This document shows, piece by piece, positions 1-13,000 of a stretch of 64,000 nt of DNA (position 1 is its first letter; the number at the start of each line of letters is the position of its first letter). The DNA lies in NCBI GenBank assembly GCA_036172245.1, contig JAYWIR010000004.1, forward strand, positions 2,232,001-2,296,000, written 5' to 3'. The notes beneath the pieces are model-generated. The model made no database searches, was not told where the DNA came from, and saw only the letters and a program-made list of their open reading frames with translations. The translations under genes and the position numbers were made by a program. Source of the DNA: Raillietiella orientalis (lineage: Eukaryota).

Positions 1-1914
1 TCCTGGCTGTGATTCGAAGCTTTCGCAACAGAATTCTGCCTTCCCGTATGTGCAGTGGTCATTTCGTGCGACCCGTGTTTTCAACTTTCCCGGGATACGC
101 GAATGAGAGACCCACTACGCGTTTCCCTGGCTCGGTTCGTTGCCATCCATCATTCAAGCATTCGATCTGTTGGTTCGACTCAAGAAATCCACTAAAGGGG
201 AGTTTCACCTTTCTCTAGTTATAGCAGATACCAGGATCAATACATCATCACCCCAGGATTCATTTCTCCTTCGACTGTTCCAGGATCCTAGGTAGAGGTA
301 CCAAGGTAGGCTTCAGATCCTCCTCAAGCCATGCACACTCATTCTCACATCTTCCTGACGCTGCATGCAACGGATATCCGAATGATACTACCCCCAGGTC
401 GCATCACAAGGATTGCTTCCTCCACTTTCCTGATTCTTCTCAAATTCGTTTCACCGAATCAAGGAGCTCCTGTAATTCTTCTTCGAGTCAGTACCACACC
501 TCCCCCTGCTGAATAAATGCTCCCGGGGCTTTATGAGCTGCCAACACTTTCCCAAGCCTTAGTTAATCTTCAATCTCCTGTGTGTCCACAGGGCAGTGGC
601 GAGCAATCCTCCAGGCGAACCATCCATTCAGATGAGTTTACTCGTTTCTTCCGAGATCTTTTCTTTAAAGGTCAGGAGGTAGGTGTTTCCATTGAAAATT
701 CCTTCCTAGGCGTCCTGCGAGCAAATCATTCTTTGAGCCTCATCCGAACCTTCCTCCAGAGAAAGGTGTTTCTTCTAAGCAATCCTTTATCTCAACATCT
801 TCTTTTGTGCATCACTGAGATGTTGCCTCGTACACGCTGCGCCCCCTTTTGGCTTTGGACGGTCCACGGGGAGGTTTTGGCTTTCCGTCCGAATTCCTTT
901 TCCCTATAAATTCACGCAACTAGTGAGATGTCCAGATTCCTAAGGCGAGGTTCTCTTGGGGAGATTCGGTCTCGACAGCTGCAGGTTGGAACCTAGATAT
1001 CGGCCAGCACCTTCGGAACTAACCCATACCAGGATAGTCACAGGCGGAGTCAACAGCCCCATTTCTTTTTCATGAATTCTTTTGGCTTCAAATCTTCCGT
1101 CGCAGAACGCCGCAGATCCCTTGACCTCATTCCAGAACGGGACTGCACACGAGGTCACGCAAGACCCGAAGAGTTCAAATCTCCATTGAGCACCAGAGCC
1201 GGTGGGAAGTGTGGGCATCCTTGATTCGTTATGTCCGAGAGTCTGGGGAGTACCTACACCACCTCACACAAACGCGGATGCACACGTGACCTCCAGCCTT
1301 AGGAAGCGTGTCTCACCTTGTCGGGTAGACTTCTGAAGAGTCCACAGCAAGATTCGGGCTTCATGGGGAGCATCGAAATGGGTTTCCGGATGTCACTATG
1401 TGATTTCATCCTCTGCGAGTCAACAGAGAACGCTTCCACGCGACAGCCTTCTATCCCAAGGACTCCGAAGACACACGGACCCCATACAAAGGTGGGAACT
1501 CCGTGAGAACCAGGAAGCGGAAGCAGCAGAGGATCATTAGCCAAAAAAAAAAGATGACGATCCCAGAGCATGTGCAACGAGGCCTGGAGGCATACTTCCA
1601 GGACATCCTTTCAGGGTTTTTCCAGCGAGACAGCGCCTGCAAACCTGAATGATCTTCAGTAGAAGAGCACCGATCCATCAATGCCCCCTATATTCAGTTG
1701 TCTTCCGTCTCTTTCGTTTGTTCATTGCAAGTCACCCTCTGCTGTTTTCATCTCTGCGGGCAAGCTGTGATTCATCACAAAGCACTCTGCTGACTCATTG
1801 CCGAGGTTGTCGTAAATCAAAGCATGAACGGCTGTGGACTCCTCCTGACAATGCTGTGGTTCTCGGAGTCACTTCATCAAAGACGGTAGCCCAACTGATG
1901 CCTCCAGTGTGTGT

Positions 1915-2375
1915 TCACAGGTTGTGGATGTTAGAGTACACTATTTCTTTTTTGACGTATTCCTCCTGACCCCTAGGGATCTGCAGCTCTTTCATTACTT
2001 CGTTGTCTATCGAATCCCATGTCCCAAGCACAATCGTTCTTACTGACGCCAGTACTCCTTTGGAAACGGAAGGAAGAGTCAATCCTTGATACTTGCTCTC
2101 CTTCGCTGTCTTGCTCTCTCTGGTGCCGCCATTGAGCCTTTGGAGCGCAGGCGGCGTCCAGTGCAATCTTTCGTCCTCCGCTCTGAAGCAGAGTCAGGTT
2201 GAAGTTTGGCGACAGCCATCCGAGGGATTGGCTGACTACAAGCCGCCAGCTCCCTTCCAATCTTTCTGGGTGTCGCTTTTGATCTGAGATGCCCGTTCAT
2301 TTCGTTTCTACCCATGATCCTAGCTGAGCTGCTTACGCAGTAGCTGAGGATGTGTTTGAAGGGTTCTTTTCATGC
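1915..2375 (-). mobile_element. Degenerate 3' end of an RLE-type (R2/NeSL-like) non-LTR retrotransposon, intronic in NCX
   Basis: In order, across frameshifts: EPFKHILSYC (zinc-knuckle end), GRNE (RHN-like), LQPD..IALDAAC (PD..D), KESKY, IVLGTWD..N. Confidence 0.55.
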
Positions 2376-3899
2376 CCCAAAGTGCTCGTTACCAGGATCA
2401 CATCCGCCAGGAACGCCCGTTCAGCTAAGTGAGGATGCTCAAAAGCTTCTGCACACGATCTTTGGTCCAAAACCTCACCTTAGAGCCGACACTTGACACA
2501 TGAACTCGAGTACAAATTTGAAGATTCTGAGCGCTGGCGTACTTTCATTTCCTCTTCTTTTTTTCCCTTCCTATATGAGAACGGAGACGAAAATGTTGAT
2601 GGTTTGCTGGTTTTCTATCTACTTTCAGTCAGAAAGTAAATGCATATCTGAAATGTGTCGGATACGGGGAGAGATGAGGCCACTCATGCGATTTTCAAAT
2701 GGCTACGCGTTGCATGGCTCCCCCTTCTCTTTCACCCTCTACCGGTGTTGCTCTAAAGATATCCGTAAAGACAGGCAATCGACTTTGAAGTGGATCTCCG
2801 AATATTTGGACGGTTGCTACGCTTTCTATCGTACCTGTCTTATAGTTTACATTCGAAGGATAGGCTGGGTGGACGAGGAAGAACGGCATCCAGGGCGCCT
2901 GACGTTCAAGCTGAGAATTCTTGTATCGTTAAGGCACGGAGGCGCTCAATACAATTTTCTAAAAGGCGTGCTCCGATTCTTGATGACATCATAGGTACCA
3001 ATGGGCCAATGCGTGGCAAAACTACCGCCTGAGCTGACCCACACATCATATAGGGGAAACACGGAACCTATTCGCGATTCTTGAAATACATCCATGCACC
3101 AGCGGGTCCACAGCCCCCTGCCAAACTGGTGCGTTTACCCATCGATCGCGGCCGATGCAGGCGGTCGATCAACGAAGGTGTCTTGAGAAGATGTGCATGC
3201 AAAGTTAAGATGCGCACGCGGCAAGAATATATCCACAGCACGCAGCTGGACCTGCACTGAGCGAGTGCATTGCACGTGCTCAATCCACTGGCTTCCAGCC
3301 TTCCAGGTCTTTAGAGGAACGTGGAAGTCTAGTAGCTGGTGTAGAGGGGATGGGTGGGGTGGAGTACGTGTGCCACCGGCTCCGCCGTCAGTTACGTTTG
3401 CTCATGCGCACCAGGCTGAGGGAGAGGTTGCTGGCCGTCGACGGAACCCGTCCGCGTTCCGGCTTCCGCTCGCCTTCCTTCCCTCTCTCCCGCGTTCGCT
3501 GGTGGGATTGACCACCCCACCCTCTTCCTCGAAAAGTTGCCCCTATGGGGAGCGTCCACCCGAGCGGAGACCTCCGGTGGCTCCTGAGTTCGGTCTCGCG
3601 AGTCAGGAAAGGTCCTCCTCCGGCCTCTTCTGGTGCGCAGTCACGAGATTCCCCTCCTTCTTTCAACAAGGATTACGAGGGATAGAGCTGAATCAAAAGG
3701 TGACCGAATTCCTCCTCCCCATTCTTACACCCTATAGAGTCATTACGCCGCGACACGTGACCTGCTGCCTTTCGGCGGGCCTCGTTCCAACCACCAAGTG
3801 TTGCTTACTCTCAGCGAGCACGTCGGTGAGCATTCCCTAGGGGTCAGGTGTGTCCCGCTTGACGGAAATCCGGAGGAAAGGAAGGTGGATCTATATTAC

Positions 3900-4063
3900 C
3901 TGACAGATACTGCAGCATTCATTTTTCCGGAGCGGCGAACCGACACGAAGAAGACGCCGATGTTTTCCGGCACAGAGCAGAGCACGTTCTGGAACTCCAC
4001 CACGGAGTGCTCCTCCGTCTTGCTAGAAGTCCTTCCGTCAGAAGTGTCCTTCTCCCTAACCAC
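3900..4063 (-). CDS. NCX coding exon 5 (start of Calx-beta/CBD1)
   Basis: ctgtttcag|GTG; VVEFQNVLCSVPENIGVFFVSVRRSGKMNAAVSV; donor AG|GTAATA. Confidence 0.88.
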
Positions 4064-7000
4064 CTGAAACAGGAGAACATCGATTGGGATAAAATCACGG
4101 AGATGCGGGAAGCGGAGGGACGAGCGGGGAAAAGACCGAATTTTCGGAGTGGGGTTCCCGCTCGCAGCTCGACGGGGACGAGAGGTGACGAACACACCCA
4201 GGTTCCCCTGCTATTGTCGCCTCCTTCGGTTCTCCGTGGATCTCCCACCCGGTTTCCATGATGCTGGCAGTGAAGTCCGAAAAGATTCGACAAACGGTGC
4301 GAGAAAGAGGACGAGGAAGTCGTTCTAGATATGAGCCGACGATGGCTTCGTGCATCTCGGAAAAAGTTCCCGCCATCCCTGTTCGTCTCGCGGGAAGACC
4401 AAGACAGTCCTCTACCTGCGATGAGAAAGGGTGAAGATTCCTTCCTATGGAGCAAAGGGAGAAAATGCCCACCACCTGGCACGGATATGATTCTCAAGAT
4501 GTGTGGCTTGCTTGCTCTCTGGTTCCTGTGTCTTATCAGCGGTACCGGAAGTCAGAGGGCAGAGAGAGGAGAGGCACTGATACTTCCTATGAGAGGAGTT
4601 CAGATACATGACCTCTACTCTCATCATCGAAGGTTCTCCAAGGGACGCCTACAGCTTTTCGGCTCGGATCGCCAATCGACACCCCTGACTAGAGAGCGTT
4701 CCGCAGTCCCGCTGATGAAACTGGGAGCTTTTTCAAAGTGAGGAGAGTACGTTTCGAGGTTTCCGGGAACTATTCGGTTAGGAAGATGTCCAAACGGAAG
4801 TGAGGATAAAGCTCCACGTCCTGTTCCATCGACTTCCCCTCCCCTCTTTCCGTCCTGACTTTCCATTCTCTGAGAAGCTCTCCTCTCACCCTCTCATCAA
4901 ATCAGCACTCCTCCGGAAGGAAGAGTTCATCTTGCGTGTGAACGGGCGACGGCTGGAAGCAGTGCCTTCCCTTCCTCCTCATCCTTTTCCACAGGAGAGA
5001 GGGGGTTTCTGACGAAAGAGAGCGGATGGAAAACGGTCTGAGACAGGATGCCGGAGCAACTGGGTTCGTTGGCGGACGAGACGCAAGAACGCGAGATCTC
5101 CGGAGGTCCAGCACCAGTCTTGTAAGACGCTTGGGTGTTCCATCAGGGTGGAGCAGTCCATGAGGAGCCCATCCGCGTCCACCAGCTTTCATGCCTGCAT
5201 TCCAGTACCCAACAGCCACTGCCTCAAATCCTGGGTCACCACTCCCACTACGCAAGAGGCGCACTCCATGACCACGATGACCTTTCCAAGGAACGGCGGT
5301 CCTTCGAGAAAGTGAAGGATCGTGTGGAATAAGGCCATTTCCAAAGTCAACTCGACGTTGCCTGGAAGCCTCATTCCTCCATTCCTGGTCAAAGTCACTC
5401 CCACCTTTTAATCTTCTGAGAAGTATTTTTTTTTTTAGTTATAAAGTGATGCGTTTTTGAAATCCCGAAACAACGCCTTTGAAGCCTCATCTATCACTAT
5501 GAGTTTGAACGCAGGGTTTCTTCGACTTTTCTAAGTGATCTGTCGAAGAGCAAACGGTCGTCCTCACGCGTTCTCCTGTCTCGTGAAAAGCCTTGGAAGC
5601 AACAGTGCCAGCTGCACTCTCCATTATCAGAGAGTTTCCGATCACGGACACATTCATTTCTCAAGAGTCCCGAGGGGTACGAAACGGCTGCAGATGGACC
5701 AGACTCCCACGAAACGAACTGCAGCTTCTGCGTGTAGGTCACCTGATTATGATTCTAGACTGACTCCAGAAACCAGAAGTACTAACAGTCGTTTTTTTTT
5801 TTTTTTTTACATTCCATAATCCTTTTACAAATGGCTGGAACGGAAAAAAGTCTCATAACAAAGTAAAAAATAAAACTAAAGAAAGTCTCATAACCAAAAG
5901 GTTTCCGACCATCTCAAAGAATATTTTCAAGAAATCTGGCCAATAGTAGCCGAAGGCGGACCTCAAGAGAGCATCCAGCTATGCCTGTGTCGCATCCGGT
6001 ACTCCTACTCATGCAAAAAGCGACGGTACTCCTGGCGAGCCGTTAACGTTAGAGGGTAGGGGGTAGTTCACAGGTGCCCGGAAGCCGTTGGGCATCTTAC
6101 GGCATTGGCGCTCCTTTCGACAGATTTGTCTCACCCTTTTACGGAAGCTTGCGCGTGCAGCGATATCCTCGAATATTGAGATGGAAAAGCCACGAAGATC
6201 GACTGACGCCAATCGAGTTTATCGAGAGGAAAGATCCCTTACCTTTAAAGAAATATCCGACGGTCGTGGGAGCAGCTTGCGCGACCCGGTCATTTCGCGC
6301 GTCGCATTGATCCGATACCAATTTCGGCTATGTGGTGTGCTCCAAATAATCCTTAAAAATAAAATGCATTTTTGCTGACTAGCGAAACGATCCGGATATA
6401 TATATTTCTTTAGATATATGTGCGCGAACATATGCGCGAGCATTTTCTTATGAACATGTGGTTTACCATAAACGCATGTTTCTAGGCCAAGTCCTAAATG
6501 TTAGGGGGTTGCCTTCGCGCTACCAAAACCAGTTTCATTCTTCTGAGAATGGACGAAAATATGAGCCCAACGACTGCACATTTATCTTCCTACGTTGTCC
6601 TTGAGCACGGAAGTAAGACTTCTCTCGTGGCAAGGCACCTATATTACAAGGTAGTCTCAAGATGCCCACCTTGTGTAGTGAACTATGAAGCCGCTGTGAA
6701 AATCATTGAAAAGTGTAAATCTTTTCGCGAGTTCAGTGACTTCAATGGCTTCCAGTGAAAGGAGTTCAGGCGTCTGGTATGGCTGGCCATGCACAGCGCT
6801 TAAGAAGAGTCTGCGCTTCCATTCTATCCAGGAAAGGACAAGTGTGCTTATCACTATGATGGTTTAAGTATACGGTTCAGAGATATCGTTGATGACCACA
6901 GAGAGTCCATATTATGACTCAAATCCTTTTCCTGTGAGGCAATATCCGGTTACTTGAACAGTCAGGAAAAGAACTTTAAGCTGCGTTGACGCTTTCGAGG

Positions 7001-10000
7001 GAATGCTCTTTAGATCCAGAAATCTGGCTGGATCCTTTCGGCACCGTAGATTCGAAAAATGCAGTGGAAGGCAACTTTATCCTTTGGCCAGACATTCGCA
7101 CAAAGATGAATTGCTTGCTTTCAACAGGGAGACTGGTACTCACATGCAGCTCTCCTTTCTCTGATCGATCATTAGCACAAAGAACAGCTCCAAAGGAGGC
7201 ATAGGTATAGACTTATGGCATTTGACCTTTTCCTGCCAGAGAGCAGCTGAGGTCGAATCCTCTGGTACTATTCGTTTTTGCAAAGAAAAAGAAAACAATC
7301 GTGAAGCTCTCCATAAAGCCTCTTTGAACTAATAAAAATGAATCTTTGCGGTAAATCTCTATTCTCCAAACATTAAATGCTTTTTTCCTCTTTCTGTTGA
7401 ATCTTTCGATTGTTCTGGTGTAATCTGACTAGTGAGGGGGCTTTTCTTGTCCTTGTACAAGCATGGCAAATATACTGAACTCAGTGCATGTCGCTTTTTC
7501 TTTTACGGTCTACAAAGAATAAATTGAAAACCACACCTATGGTTCTACTTTTTCACAGCAGCTTGCAATAAAGACCTATTTCTTCCTTCTATAGTCCAAC
7601 CGAGCAAACCTGAAGAGAATAAAGCGTCGCGATCGAATACCATGTTTTCTCCATTACCGTATCAAATCAGACAAATCAACTCCAAAGAAGTCTTGTCCCG
7701 GTGAAGTCATTATAGCTGACCCCAGAATTGCATACATCTTTCTGCCACTAGAGAGATCGTATCCCATCTGTTCACGTTATGCCAGAACCCATCCAACAGA
7801 GAAAGACTTGTCTTCTCTTGAAGCAGAACACCTTACTTCTGGATGACCTTGAGATTTTGCTTTCCTTTCCATCGTTGTCAAACTAACTGCATTACTCAGG
7901 AAGATAAGTCATCTTTGATTTGATGGCTGTGATGTATTTTTTCTAGTATGACTTCTGAATTCTTCCAGGCTTTCCATTTCATTCCTTGGATCGAGAGACC
8001 CCTCAAAAATGTTGACAAATATTTCCGAAAGTCTCTCTTGGAAAGTTTTCATCCCCAAGAGACAATCTGCCCTGAGAGCTTGCTCCGCTACTAACTACAG
8101 AATCTCATGAGAGAAGGGAAAGGAATCGTAAGACACAATCGAGACAGGTAGTTTCTCAAGAAACTGTAGCAACATCTACTTCAGGTCCCAAATCTTTCCC
8201 AGATATCTCGATATCCTTTCCAAAATATCGCAGGTTTCATTCTTCATGCTTGTCTCTATCTACTGCTTCACTTCATGATTTCGCCTGGGGGAGATCCGCT
8301 TCGATTATGTCTCCCAATTTTCGGATAAAACATCCGTACCTCGAATTGTGTATGTTTTAGTGGTTTGGAAAACAGTGGGACTGCATCCACATGGTCTTGA
8401 ACTTCGGGATTCTACATCTCCTCAAGGAGAGCTCTCAGAACGAAAGGGAAACAGCCACGATTCTGTATTTTACCAATTTCTCACCAAGTTGGTAACACGT
8501 GTATGCTGCAGGCATTGGATACTGCAGAGCGAATAATATCAGTCTCCAGTTCTCTCGAAGCTGGTGTCTCCTTTCCTTAGGACATAGACCCTCTTCAAAA
8601 TGCATGTGATCCCAGTTGCTCCCCTCAACTCCCGAATGGTTCTCCTGCGTGTGCATATGAGTAAAGAAACCTGGTTTCCTGGTCGAAATGCACGCGTTTG
8701 CTACTCAAAGCTGTATGGAACTGTCCTTTTCCAGAGGTGAAGCTTTGCAGTCAGAAATGCAAAAGACAATACCCACATCCGTTTCCTTCCATCCATGCCA
8801 GTTTTTCTTCTTCCACAACTTTGGATAAGATTGAATATGTGTTCGTAATTCTCTTTGTCTTGATCATTGAGTACGGAAGAAGTTAGGAAACCTTCCACCG
8901 AAAAGTAGGGCAAGAAAGTTTCGGTACTTGTCAGCATAATGTAAAGTTACAATATCTTGAAATTAACACGAATGTATTTATGGATGTGTGCACTATACAC
9001 TAGAATATGAAAATGTGCCAAATGTCCGGTTTGTTTCAGACGTAACTTTCCAATCCTGAGTTTAAACACTGAGACATCCTGTCGCCTCCAGAAAAGTGCT
9101 GTTTTGCTTCATCAGGAACAATGAACAAACAGAGCGCCTTTTGAAAGTGTTTTGTACATTCCGTTTCTACGGTTGTACGGAAAATTGAGTCTCAACTAGA
9201 GAATACAGCAAAACGTAATGCCAAGGTCCACACTCAAGCGAGTCTGATTGAATAATCTCATGGCGTCTTACGTTGCAGTGAGATTCTTCCTGAGATGCTG
9301 TTGGCCATGTGGCTTTTTTACGTGGCTCGATCAACATCCAACCCGGAGTTTTCCTCATATGGATGTGGAAGATCAGCTGCGAAGAGTCGCTAACTTCCGA
9401 CAACATCTTCAGAATACACGCAAGCGAGTTTCCTGAGAGAAGAAGGAATCCCGGAATCTGTGAAAGCCACTAACACTGGTGGAAGGATGAGAAATCAAGC
9501 GCTATACAAAGCTGCCAAGGTTTCTGGAAAATATCCACGAACCTGATATGGCAAATGGCTGCCAGAGAGAAAACCTGCCTTGAGAACAGGGGGAAAAAAA
9601 AAAGGACTCTTCGAAATAGAATGATGATAATGTTGCAAAAAATCCCAATGAAAACTAGAATGTTAACAAATTGTGTCTTTAACTGCGAAGGCGAGAATCA
9701 TAATCACTGGTAGCTTCTTCATGCACTCTTAAGAGATAGCAATCCATGTCTCTTATTGCCATCTCTAGCAATTCTGTTGATTGAAAGCATCCAACTCTCT
9801 AGAACGTGAACGTACTGATACATTTTTGGTGCGTAACGATACTGAAAAATTTCCTTGCCATAAGCTTATTTTCCTCAGCACACACACACACAAACACAAA
9901 ATCGAAAAAGACACCCCTACTATCATCTGAATGCCAAATGCTACCAGATTATAACCTGGTTCGATTTCTACGGTTGACACAGCCACATAGTCGTAACTGA

Positions 10001-13000
10001 TCATTGCAACGGGAGGTTTATGGAGAATTCAGGTTACACAAAAACTTTGCTCTCGGAAAATTAGATGAAAGAATACTCAACAGATGACATAAAGACCTCC
10101 ATGTACAACCAATCGTATTTTGAACAATTTTTCAACATTCAGCTGACTTACTTGGCAGCCGCTAACATGGCAGCATCCTCGTCCGTTAAATCTGGGTTCT
10201 TTTTGATTTCTCGAAAGAATCGGATTAAAGGTTTATGGTCTAAGGAGCCAATGTTTAAAAGCTCTCCTTCCTGGAAACATTCTATAGAAAATGAGACTGA
10301 TTAGATTTCTGCTTATTTGAATCTCCCTTAAGCGATTGATTATTTATTACATTTTTTTTTCTTTTTCCAGATACTCTTTCAGCAGCACTATTTCTTTAGA
10401 GCCGAGGCGATCGCCCTGCTTTCCGATAATGGTTCTTTCATTTTACTGATAGGAGAGCTTCCGGGATGAAAAACGCCAACTTTTAAACGTACAAATGAAT
10501 AAGAAGGGATTCAGTAGAGTCCCCTCAAACGGGTGATTTCGGTTGTTTTCGAAAACAGGACTGATGAATACATAAAGCATGAAGAAATGACTCAGTCATC
10601 TCAGAGGAACGTGACAACAAAGATTCTTGTGCTGGCACATTCGAAGACAGACAAGATAATTATCAATCCTTCAGAATCTCAAACGCAATGATCGAAGTGC
10701 AATGATTCGTTATGTCAAGATGCGGATGACATTACCACTGTACCATTCTCGGAGCCTGGTATTCAAACGAGAGGTAAACACTCGACTTTCTTATCATCTA
10801 GGGGATGCTCAGTTATTCATCGCTGGGTATAAGGATGTGCACATCAGGATGCTTACTTTTTGCTCTTCAGGTGCACTCCTGTATACAAGCGAAGAGCGTA
10901 TTCGTGATTATATCGCGAGCACTTAGATGTGTAGCTCTTGTATATTCGGTGCAAGAATACACATCTTGCACCGAGTATGGAGCATTAACTCCACAAAAAA
11001 AGAATCGTTTCTCTTAGACCACCCTCGTAAGAGACCCCCTCAAGCTGACATAGACCCTGGCTGCTGGACTTCAAGACATCCTGCAGGTGTTTGGGAAAAA
11101 AAGGTGATGGAAAACCTGGTATGTTCGATGCTATCCCGTCCAGCTCTATCTGTTTCTCTTCCTTGTCGCCTCCATCCTTCCAGCAAACGTTTTTGTCCAT
11201 CACGAAAGCAAAGATGACCAGAATCGGAAAGAAGAGGAACGTTGTGGCTGCTTCCCAGATTTCCACAACGTCGGGGGACGTTCCACTCAGGATGAACAGC
11301 AGCCAGAGGTAGGCGAAGATGCTAAACGAACTCGTCACTATGAACACTTTGAATGCTGGAAAGACATGAGACAAGACGTAAGGATGGCATGCATTCTTTG
11401 GAGTCGGCGTGAAATGGGAACGTGTTCAACCGAGTGACTGAAGAAAGCCCAGAGCCCTGCATCCCATACGCAAAGCGTTCATCCTGTCGGGGGTGTTCCG
11501 CTCTCCCACGATCAAAAAAGGAACCACAGTGGGTTTCGAGTCCTTCCTAGAACTAATCCTGCCCCCCTGAGCAGAACGCATCTTTTGCGCTATTGCATGT
11601 AGCTTCCAAGTCCGGGGCCGTCAGAGCATTTTTGCATGCAGACCCTCATGCACGGATGAGAGTATTCCGTTTCTCATTCTAAAGGACGGAAAATGGGAAA
11701 GACGGCGGTACTTCCTAGAAATGCATGGGTTTCAGAGAAGTTCCAGGATCGAAGTCAACGTCAAGGGCGATCATTTCGCTTGCACACCCGCATGCACCTC
11801 GATCACGAAAGCGATGCAGATCGACTCGGATCTTTGCTTTCACGTCCTTTTTCTTTCCACCCCACCCTATTTCAAGAAATCATACAGAGCTGTTTTCTCG
11901 AAACTGTCCGTCGCCCACGGAATCTTCCGGCCAGCCATTCCAGAATACTTTCTTATGGCTTTATCAGCCTTAGAGTAACGCCCTCGACAAAGCGCAGCAG
12001 CAGCCTCAAAGTCGTTCTGTCGCTTTGTGGTCGACTCTCCCCATCCTCGAGGCTCCGTCGGTGGGCGTCTTCCTCCGATGCGAGAAGCGTGCCTTCTCTG
12101 CTCCGAGTTGCCCTCGGCAGCGAGCAGCTTTGCTTTTCCGTGACATCTTTTCATGATATTCAGTTCCGAGGCAAAATTCACACAAGTGCTTGATTTAAAT
12201 GAAATGAATGCATATGCTTTTTTTAATGAAATGTACTTATAATAATTTCAGGCATCTGATAGGACATTTGTAATTCTATCTCAGGAAGAGAAAATTCCAA
12301 CATTCTTCGATTTGCACATACGAGAATGTGTAAAGTATGAGTCAAACATATGTAATACTCTTTAATGCAATGAGGGTGGATGAGTTGCTATTCAACAGAA
12401 ATTCACTCTATAGGAATTCAAAACTCAGAAAACCAATGATTGAGATTTCTAGATTTCTGGCCTTACGTCATGTTTGAATAATTGAAAGCGAAAATGAATA
12501 GAGTGTTGCAGATTGTGAGTCTGATTCTTCGCACAGAGTTTCCTTCGATCAACTGGCAACGCCCGCCGTGACAAGTCGGGATTTACTTTCGTTCCTAGTG
12601 AGGGATGCAATAGCCAGGAGAGGCCTTCCCCCAAAGGATTACCCCTACTGCTGTGAGCAAGCAGCAGTCTGAGCCCTTGAACGCTGTCCGAAGCTGGAAA
12701 GTTCTTGTGTCATTCGGCAAACAGGAGCAGTCGTGGGACAGGTTGCGAAGAGGAGAGCGTTCGAGGTACTTTGCGATGAGGTGCTCCAGCTTCCAGTTCA
12801 TGATTTTCCTGATGTTTTATAAGGGCTTTGCGATTTTCAGACGGCTTCACCTGCCGAAGAGAGCAGGACTCACATACCGTGTGATTAGGAACGCATGTGT
12901 GCAAAAAATCGAGACTCAACCTCCTAGCCGCAGGCCGCTTGTGATTCATGAGAACCCACGCGCACTCTGGATATTCGTATGCAAACCTCTTTGTCTTTGG

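Noticed and set aside
1..3899. Next NCX exon (ETIDG.A..DY part of Calx-beta)
   Set aside because: No phase-2 exon with that motif was found; it presumably lies left of the window
3193..5404. Many overlapping 100-215 aa ORFs on both strands
   Set aside because: GC-rich intronic DNA with few stops; only 3900-4063 (NCX exon) has recognisable protein similarity and splice sites
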